This document shows, in pieces, positions 56,833 to 64,000 of a DNA stretch of 64,000 bases (the stretch's first letter is position 1; each line of letters starts with the position of its first letter). The DNA is taken from the NCBI GenBank assembly GCA_965222375.1, contig CBDCTZ010000005.1, positions 256,001-320,000 on the forward strand, written 5' to 3'. A model generated the notes under the pieces. It saw only the letters and a program-made list of their open reading frames with translations. It was not told the origin of the DNA and did no database searches. A program made the translations under genes and the position numbers. The DNA comes from Polyangiaceae bacterium (GTDB lineage: Bacteria; Myxococcota_A; Polyangia; Polyangiales; Polyangiaceae).

Positions 56833-59012
56833 ATGACGACGAAGGTGACGTATTGCCGGATCTGCGAAGCCGCCTGCGGCCTGGTCGCCGAACTCGAGGC
56901 GGAGCAAATCACAGCCCTAAGACCGGATCCGCATCACGTGGTCTCAAAGGGCTTCGCGTGCGCCAAGGGCACTCGCTTTCTAGAAGTCCATCGCGGCCCG
57001 GGGCGGGTCAATCATCCGCTGCGGCGGCAAGGGGGCGAACTGAAACGGACGACCTGGCGCGCCGCCAATGCAGACATCGGCTCTCGCCTGCGCCGAATCA
57101 TCGACGAACACGGCCCCCACGCCGTCGCCGTGTACATCGGAAACCCCGCAGCCTTTTCCTACACGTTGCCGGTCTACGGCATGGCCTTCGTACAAGCCCT
57201 CGGCACTCGCAACTACTTTTCTGCGGGCTCTTTGGACTGCAACAACAAGTTCTTCGTGGCGAAGAAGATGCTCGGCTCGGCGGGCACGCAGCCCGTGCCC
57301 GATCTCGACCGGGCACGATTCGCGCTTCTGGTCGGGACCAATCCCTCCGTCAGTCAAAGCTCCTTTGTGAACGCGCCACGAATGGTGGAGCGCCTGACGG
57401 CGATCCAAGAGCGAGGCGGCCGAGTGATGGTTGTTGACCCACGCCGCACGGAAACAGCCCGCATGGTAGGTGAGCACGTGCCGATCCGCCCGGACACGGA
57501 CGCGGCCTTCCTACTCGGGCTACTGCACGTCATATTGCGGGAAAAGCTGCACGTGCAGCACGTGGTCGACGCCCGCGCGATTGGCTTCGAGCAGCTAGGC
57601 GCGGCGGTGGAGCCCTTTTCGCCTGACCGAGTCGCGAAGCTGGCGTACCCGCGCAGACTCTGCTGGACGTCGCACGTAGTTTTGCCCAGGCCCGAGGCGC
57701 GTTCTGCCACGTATCCACCGGTGTCAATCAAGGTCGCTTCGGCAACATCGCTTACGCCGCCAAGATCGCCCTCGAGCTATGCACCGACAACTTGGATCGC
57801 ACGGGCGGTGCACTCGTGGTCCGAGGGGCGGCGGATACGGCTGGGCTGGCGCGGTTGATCGGATTGGACCGAGAGCCGCCCCATCGCAGCCGCATCGGCG
57901 GGTTCTCACCCGTGCTCGGCACACTGCCCACACCTATCCTCGCCGACGAGATCCTGACCCCGGGCCCGGGCCAGGTGCGGGCGTTGATCTGCATCGCCGG
58001 CAACCCGGTACTGTCTGCGCCCAACAGCGCACAACTGCAGCGAGCCCTGCAGCAACTCGAACTGCACGTGAACATCGACTTGTTCGTGAGCGATACGGGT
58101 GCCCATGCCACCCACGTGCTTCCCGCAGCGGACTTCCTCGAGCGAGAAGACTTCCCGCTGGCTCAGCTTCAGCTCCAGCCCAACCCCTACGTGCAGTGGA
58201 CGGATGCGGTCGTCACCCCGCACCGCGATCGCTTACCGGAATGGAAAATCCTGCTGGATCTGGCCAAGGCGGCCAAGTTGCCCATGTTCGGCAGTCGCGC
58301 GGCAGATGTCGCTCTTCGCTTGGCCCTCAGAGCCCGCGGCCCCCGAGGCCTGGCACTACCTCTGCTCGCTACTTCGTTGGGACCACGCCCCTTGCGCGCG
58401 CTGCGGCGCTCTCCTCACGGAATCGACTTGAGCGACCGCGAACGTCCCGGCCGCTATCTGAAGTCTCGACGGCGACAACCCGTCCCCCTCGCTGACAGCG
58501 AGGTGTGGGCGCGGCTCCACGAGTTGACAGCCGAACTGGACGGCGGGCGACATGCGCTTCGCCTGATCTCACGTCGCGAGCGCTTGGGTCACAACTCCTG
58601 GATGCATGACAATCCGCGCCTGTCTTTGCCGGAGCAGCGAGCGTACTTCTCGACGGAGGACGCGAGCCGGCTCGGCATCAAGGAAGGCAGTCGGGTCGTC
58701 CTTTCGGCAAACGGCGGCAGGGTCGAGTTGATCGCAGCCCTGGACCCGGACTTGGTCGAAGGTGCCGTGGCCGTGACTCATGGCTACGGGCACGTCGCGG
58801 GCTCGAGCTGGCAAACAGCGCGCTCGCGAGGCGGCTGCAACGTCAACCTGCTCGCGGCCTCGGGCCCGGACGCCCTCGACCCGCACAGCGGCATGGCGCG
58901 GCTGGTTGGCATCCAAGTAAAGGCCGAGGTTTTGCCGGAAAAGTCCCATGCGCCCAGCGCGCAACGCAGGGCTCCGGCGCCAAGGGCCGAGACCGAAAAA
59001 GCCGATGTGTGA
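56833..59012 (+). pseudogene. Molybdopterin-dependent oxidoreductase with frameshift at ~57641
   Basis: CRICEAACG...CAKG Fe-S motif, GTNP, VVDPRRTETA and IRPDTD in frame 1. The protein continues GVPAQTL...STG...NLDRTGG, GNPVLS, HVLPA in another frame. Confidence 0.8.
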
Positions 59013-59060
59013 AGGAGCCTTGCTCCATCACCCTGCTTTGCGCTAATTGTCCCGGCCCTC

Positions 59061-59133
59061 GTCCGGGTAGCTCAGTCGGTAGAGCAGTGGATTGAAAATC
59101 CACGTGTCGGCGGTTCGATTCCGTCCCCGGACA
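59061..59133 (+). tRNA. tRNA-Phe (anticodon GAA)
   Basis: GTCCGGG/CCCGGAC acceptor stem, GTGGA-TTGAAAA-TCCAC anticodon arm, GGTTCGATTCC; CCA not encoded. Confidence 0.96.
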
Positions 59134-59179
59134 CCGCGCTTGTCTTACTCCTAGGACTTCGCAGCCCTGCCCCGATCTC

Positions 59180-60412
59180 TCATAGATCCGGTTCGCACTC
59201 TTTGAGGGATTTCGAGTAGCGGTTGGGCGCCGGCCCAGTCGGCGACTCGTCCACGAAGAAATTGCCGAAGAAATACTGCTGCTTGGTTGCAGCGCTCTTC
59301 GAGTGGGACGTGCAGTTGTCGTAGAACCAGGCGCCCACTTCCGGCCGGCCCCGCACCACGAAGGAACGGGAAATCCCCGCGACGATCGTGTTGTGGTGCA
59401 CCTCGAAGCGCTTGCCGGCCAAGGGATTGCCGTCGCTGGTTTGCTCGTTGTAGCCGTGCACGTCGAACACCCAGCCGATGTTGTTCTCGAGCACCAGGTT
59501 GTAGCGCGCCTCGTACTCGTGGGGCGGATCCCCAGACGAAGCTACGGCGTGGCGGAAGTAATCGAAGCGGTTGCCTTCGATGACAACGGTGGTCTTGCCC
59601 GCACTCAAGAGTACGCCGTAGCCAATCCCCTCGCGCTGGGTGTGGTGGATGAAGTTGTGATGGACGTGGTTGTCCACGGATCCCCGAACCCTCACTCCAG
59701 CTAGGCCGAAGGAACTGATCTCGCAGTTGTCCACCTCGAGGCGGTCGTAGCCGTCCGCCCGAATCCCTTGGTCGAAGGGCATGCAGTCGCGGCAGTTGAT
59801 TCCGCCAGTCTTGTCCTTGCCGGTGCAGGTACCTGCCGCGTGTTGAGGTGGACACTGATCTGGATGCGCGCCCTCCAATTGGATCCCGGTGATGCGCACG
59901 CCATCGCCGCAGATCTCCAGCACCGGCGTGGAGACAATTTCCGTGACGTACAGCCGCCCTCCCGAAGAGCCTGCCGCGCCCCGGCCGCTGGCCAGGGTCA
60001 CCCCTGCGGGGATGCACAACTTCCGGCCCGTGAGATCGATGTTCGCCGCGTCATCGACATAGACCACGTCGCCCGAGGCCGCCTGGCTCAACGCCTGCTG
60101 CAAGTCCTCTGCGCTGGAGACGGTGAAGTCAGCGCACTCGGCGCGGACGGGGTCAGGGTAGCCCGGTCCGCCGCCGTAGCGCCACGGGCCGGACCAAGGC
60201 GGATCGCCCGGCGGGTTGCGCTGGCCACAGGGGATGGGCGCGGCATCCACAGCGGCATCGCTTCCGCTCGCGTCAGGCAGCCCTGCGTCCGCGGCGGACC
60301 CATCGGCCTTGCCGGCGTCTCTTCCCGGCGCGACGCCGTCACTGTCCGACGAGCATCCAGGCGCGACCAGCAACAGCACGAAGAAGAGTAAACGCCTCGA
60401 CAAGCTTTCAAC
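59180..60412 (-). CDS. Right-handed parallel beta-helix lipoprotein
   Basis: VAPG-C lipobox; GVTLASGRG, LEVDNCEI, VHHNFIHH, GYGV, IEGNRF..RHAVA, FDVHG; start approximate. Confidence 0.7.
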   Translation of the reverse strand, partial: VESLSRRLLFFVLLLVAPGCSSDSDGVAPGRDAGKADGSAADAGLPDASGSDAAVDAAPIPCGQRNPPGDPPWSGPWRYGGGPGYPDPVRAECADFTVSSAEDLQQALSQAASGDVVYVDDAANIDLTGRKLCIPAGVTLASGRGAAGSSGGRLYVTEIVSTPVLEICGDGVRITGIQLEGAHPDQCPPQHAAGTCTGKDKTGGINCRDCMPFDQGIRADGYDRLEVDNCEISSFGLAGVRVRGSVDNHVHHNFIHHTQREGIGYGVLLSAGKTTVVIEGNRFDYFRHAVASSGDPPHEYEARYNLVLENNIGWVFDVHGYNEQTSDGNPLAGKRFEVHHNTIVAGISRSFVVRGRPEVGAWFYDNCTSHSKSAATKQQYFFGNFFVDESPTGPAPNRYSKSLKECEPDL

Positions 60413-60557
60413 TATTGCCCCCACTGGGTGCGAAGACAAGGCGGAAACCAAGGAGCCGCCCGGGACGATTCGCCGGGGATGTGAAAGACCGCTGAAGGGA
60501 GTAATCTCCGCGGCCCGGCGCCCACGGCGCGTGCGGTCTTCTTTTCGAGAGCCTCCG

Positions 60558-63155
60558 GTGAAACCCTTGCTACGCAAGCTCCTGCAGCGCTTCGCCCCCG
60601 TGTTGGTCGCACTGGCGCTCGTGGCTGCCGTCGTCGCCTACACCTTGGTGGCCCGTCGCGATCTGGCCGAGCCCATCGAACTACCCATCGTCGGAGACGG
60701 CGTGAGCCTGTCGCGACTGGCAAAGGACACCGCCGCCCCGGGCTCCGCGGCGCACGGCCAAAGCGATGACTGGATCCTCGAGACCCGAGGCGTCCGGGTG
60801 GTGGTCGGTGCGGATGCACCGGGTGCCGAACGCGCGCTCCGCCACGGCGCCATCCTGGACGTTGCGCGCCTCGACATGAGCGAAGACGTGCTGATTGGCC
60901 TCACCCCAGCTCTGGAGATCCAGGGCGCCGCTGTCGGGGTCGTTCCGAAACGCGTCGCGCCTGCAATCAATGGCAAGCGCCCCGTGCTCGTTTTGACTCA
61001 CGAGAGCACCGACAGCTCCCTGAGCCTCGAAACGACCCTTTCCGTGCGTCAGGGCTCGTCGGCGCTTCAGCTGGTCACCCGCGTCAAGAACGTCTCCAAG
61101 AAGACCCAGCGCGCAGTTGCGGTCGGGGACGCGGCAAGTTGGCCCGGCGCCATGACCTTTGCGCCCCGGCTCGGCTTCGTAGAGGGACCATCTCGAGCGC
61201 GGGTGCCGTGGATCGCGCGCCGGGGCGCGAGCCTCTCTCTTGCCTTGTCCTATCCGGAGGGCGCGGACGTGGAGTTTCGATTCGATCGGATCGGGCCCAC
61301 CGAACAGCGCGCACTGACTCGGGCCACGGACCTCGCGCCCGGGGCCTACTTCGAAGTGAAGCGCACGCTGCACGTCACCCGTGGCGGGTTGGCTGCTGCG
61401 GCAAGTGCAGCTTGGCGTAGCGCCGAACGACCCACTCGCACTGTTCGAGGCAAGCTGCTGCCCGTACCGGATTGGGCCACCGTCGAGGCGCGTCACCCGG
61501 ACGGCAAGGTGGTGCTGAGCGTGCGCGCCGAGCGCGATGGGCGTTACGCCCTGCCCCTTCCCCCAGGCAGCTACGAGCTCTTGCTCCGCGCACCTGGAGG
61601 TGAAGACACCGCCAACTTGCAGCTCGAAGCGGGCAAGACTCCCGTCGACGTCAAGCTCATCGCCCCGGAGCCGGGCCAACTTCGCTTCAGCGTAGTGGAC
61701 GAAGCTCAGCGCCCCCTGCCCGCGCGCTGGACGGTCTCTGGGATCCCGCCCACCAAGACACCCTCCTTCGGGCCCGCGGAACGCGCCGAAGGCGCCGGCC
61801 GGGCCGGCTATACCCTGACCGGCGAGGGCCGGGTGCAGCTGCCTCCAGGCAAATACAGCATCGTGTTTTCCCAGGGGCCCGAGCGCGCGTTGTGGGAAAG
61901 CTTGATCGACGTGTCCCAGGACAAAGGCGCCACCGTTCGCGCCGAACTCCCGCGCAAAGTCGAAACGCCGGGCTGGATCGCCGGGGACTTCCATTTGCAC
62001 GCAGCACCTAGCCACGATTCGTCCATCACCCTGGAAGACCGCGTGGTTTCTCTGATCGCATCCGGCGTCGAGGTGGCGGTGCCCACGGATCACAACCACA
62101 CCACCGACTACGCACCTTCCGTCGCAACCCTCGGCGCCCAGTCGCGCATTTTCTCCATGCCCGGCGTGGAGATGACGACCCAGACCTTCGGCCATTTCAA
62201 CGCCTACCCCTACCCCCTCGATCAATCGCTGCCAAAGCTCGGCGAGCTCTCGCCCATGGGGCTGTTCACGAAGCTGCGCGAGCTGGCCCCCGGCGCGCTG
62301 ATTCAGGTCAATCATCCGCGCATGGGCGGCATTGGCTACTTCAACGCGGGCAAGCTCGACCCAAACGTCGCCGAGTTCGCCCGCGACGGCTTCAGCCTCG
62401 ACTTCGACGTGATCGAAGTCGTCAATGGTTTCGAGCTGGGCCAGCCCGAAGTCATGGAGCGAAATCTGCTGGAGTGGTTTTCTTTGCTCAACGCCGGTCG
62501 GCGCTACACCGCCGTCGGCAACTCCGACTCGCACTGGCTCAGTCGGGAGTTCGTGGGCTACCCCCGCACGTATCTGCGGGTTGCCAGCGACGATCCCAAA
62601 GCCATCAAGCCGCAAGAAGTGGTCGCTGCGCTGAAATCCGGCCGCGCCTTCGTCACCAACGGCCCCTTCCTGGACGTCTCCGTCGGCGAGGCGGGGCCCG
62701 GGGATCTGGCACAGGCGGTTGAGGGACAGGTCACCCTCTCGGTCAAGGTCCGCGCGCCCGCGTGGGTAGATGTCACCCGCGCCGAAGCCTGGGTGAATGG
62801 CGTTCGCGCAGGGATCGCAACCGCCATCCCGGACGCAAATGGAGATCTGCGCCTGGTCTGGCAAACGGATCTCGAACTCGAGCGCGACTCGTGGATCGTC
62901 GTGGTCGTGCACGGCGATCATAACCTCGACGTCGTGCTGCCCAAAGTCGGGGCCAAGCCCTTTGCCTTCACGAATCCGATTTGGATCGATGCGGACGGTG
63001 ACGGCAGCTACGACGCAGGTATCGACGCAGGCGACGGGGGCGCTGAAGCTGGATCGGCAGAAGCTAGCGCAGGCGAAACCGGCACGAGCGAAAACGCGAG
63101 GGACGCAGATGCCTCGCCGACACCCACAGCAGCCGAAGCGGGCGCAGACCGTTGA
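60558..63155 (+). CDS. PHP-like (CehA/McbA family) metallohydrolase, exported
   Basis: GDFHLH, TDHN, GVE, GHFN, NHPR, EVVNG, GNSDSH, G.AFVTNGP, FTNPIW; N-terminal TM. Confidence 0.82.
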   Translation: MKPLLRKLLQRFAPVLVALALVAAVVAYTLVARRDLAEPIELPIVGDGVSLSRLAKDTAAPGSAAHGQSDDWILETRGVRVVVGADAPGAERALRHGAILDVARLDMSEDVLIGLTPALEIQGAAVGVVPKRVAPAINGKRPVLVLTHESTDSSLSLETTLSVRQGSSALQLVTRVKNVSKKTQRAVAVGDAASWPGAMTFAPRLGFVEGPSRARVPWIARRGASLSLALSYPEGADVEFRFDRIGPTEQRALTRATDLAPGAYFEVKRTLHVTRGGLAAAASAAWRSAERPTRTVRGKLLPVPDWATVEARHPDGKVVLSVRAERDGRYALPLPPGSYELLLRAPGGEDTANLQLEAGKTPVDVKLIAPEPGQLRFSVVDEAQRPLPARWTVSGIPPTKTPSFGPAERAEGAGRAGYTLTGEGRVQLPPGKYSIVFSQGPERALWESLIDVSQDKGATVRAELPRKVETPGWIAGDFHLHAAPSHDSSITLEDRVVSLIASGVEVAVPTDHNHTTDYAPSVATLGAQSRIFSMPGVEMTTQTFGHFNAYPYPLDQSLPKLGELSPMGLFTKLRELAPGALIQVNHPRMGGIGYFNAGKLDPNVAEFARDGFSLDFDVIEVVNGFELGQPEVMERNLLEWFSLLNAGRRYTAVGNSDSHWLSREFVGYPRTYLRVASDDPKAIKPQEVVAALKSGRAFVTNGPFLDVSVGEAGPGDLAQAVEGQVTLSVKVRAPAWVDVTRAEAWVNGVRAGIATAIPDANGDLRLVWQTDLELERDSWIVVVVHGDHNLDVVLPKVGAKPFAFTNPIWIDADGDGSYDAGIDAGDGGAEAGSAEASAGETGTSENARDADASPTPTAAEAGADR

Positions 63156-63158
63156 GCC

Positions 63159-63381
63159 TTGGGTTTGGGGTCGACGCGCTTGTGACGCGCTTCGCGGTGC
63201 CCGCAGGGGCAACACCCGAAGGGGTGAGCCCTGGGGCGTCGCAGCTGCGCTAATCCCGCGCGCTAGCTCGCGGCTGCAGTGGTGACGCGGGGCCCGCGCG
63301 CGGCGACGCGGCGGCGGGCCAGCTCGCACCAGCTCGAGAATAGGGACCTAGGGCGCCCCAGCCCTCGACCCCAAAACCCAA
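63159..63381. other. Structured intergenic element bounded by inverted repeats
   Basis: TTGGGTTTGGGGTCGA (63159-63174) and TCGACCCCAAAACCCAA (63365-63381), with several nested hairpins. Confidence 0.55.
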
Positions 63382-63386
63382 AAGTC

Positions 63387-64000
63387 CTAGAGCGGTAGGG
63401 TCAGGAAAACTCGCGCGCCCCAGAGGATGTCCCAGTTGGCCAAGGGGGCTTGCTGCTCGCCCTCTTCCGCAAAGGCGCGAAAGTAGTAGAAGGTCGCGCC
63501 GCCGATGGATGCGCTGATGCCACCCAGCAGCGTGGGCGCGGTGTAGAGCAGCGGGTGGATGTACCCGACAGTCAGATCGCCCTGCGCGTAGCCGATGTAC
63601 CAATCGTCAGGTAGCTCTTCGTTCAGAACGAGCGAATCCGTCAATTGCACTTCGCCCAACCCCACCTGACCCGAGAGGTCAGCGAAGAAGCGCTTGGGCT
63701 TCTGCGGGGTCTCCAAGCCGAAAGCGAGCCCGATGCCCCGGAAACTCGCGTCGAAGAGCAGGTCCTCGAGAACGAGATCTCCAACCCGCACCATGTAGGG
63801 CTTCTTGTAGCTGACCAGGCCAACGCCCAAGTAGATCGGCGGCAAGCTGCCGCCCTCGGTCTGGATCAACCCGCTGGGATCGTTGTCGTGGTGGTACTGC
63901 ATCGCCACGACGAAGGTCTCGAACGCGCTGGACATGCGCAGGGTTTCCGTGACCGTCGGCAAGGTCGACAGATCCGTATTGGCGCCTGCCGAACGAGGCA
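63387..64000 (-). CDS. Hypothetical protein, probably outer-membrane beta-barrel (5' end outside window)
   Basis: Open frame to window edge; amphipathic beta-strand pattern ending WGARVFLTLPL. Confidence 0.5.
   Translation of the reverse strand, partial: PRSAGANTDLSTLPTVTETLRMSSAFETFVVAMQYHHDNDPSGLIQTEGGSLPPIYLGVGLVSYKKPYMVRVGDLVLEDLLFDASFRGIGLAFGLETPQKPKRFFADLSGQVGLGEVQLTDSLVLNEELPDDWYIGYAQGDLTVGYIHPLLYTAPTLLGGISASIGGATFYYFRAFAEEGEQQAPLANWDILWGARVFLTLPL

Noticed and set aside
57620..57660. Programmed frameshift or selenocysteine recoding in the molybdoenzyme
   Set aside because: No slippery sequence and no in-frame TGA at a catalytic position.
60681..63329. 882-aa minus-strand ORF and other long antisense ORFs (e.g. 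6589-8145, 19383-20621, 49113-50309)
   Set aside because: Shadow frames of well-supported opposite-strand genes in high-GC DNA; no recognisable motifs.

Overview
High-GC bacterial DNA. The gene content points to Myxococcota (Polyangiales-like): many Gly/Cys-rich lipoproteins and MYXO-CTERM-like tails. This assignment is inferred, not proven. Housekeeping genes include tesB, ald, tig-clpP-clpX-lon, parA-parB, glnD, lpxB, bioB, a pilT paralog, tRNA-Val(TAC) and tRNA-Phe(GAA). An accessory stretch (~23.9-31.3 kb) lies between a GST gene and the 3' end of tRNA-Val. It holds a complete IS4/IS50-like element (20-bp imperfect IRs, 9-bp TSD), a tandem lipoprotein duplication and a decayed tyrosine-integrase C-terminus abutting the tRNA. 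It also holds the best candidate for an undescribed system: a DUF222-like/HNH/RuvA-C-like gene preceded by ~680 nt of structured non-coding DNA. That leader carries two copies of a motif that also occurs twice inside the gene, just after the HNH domain. Other observations: a dispersed family of structured intergenic repeats, a GNAT-nitrilase fusion lacking two catalytic residues beside an intact nitrilase, eukaryote-like domains (somatomedin-B, PARP-type zinc fingers), and two disrupted genes. All calls are by-eye motif recognition; no searches were run.
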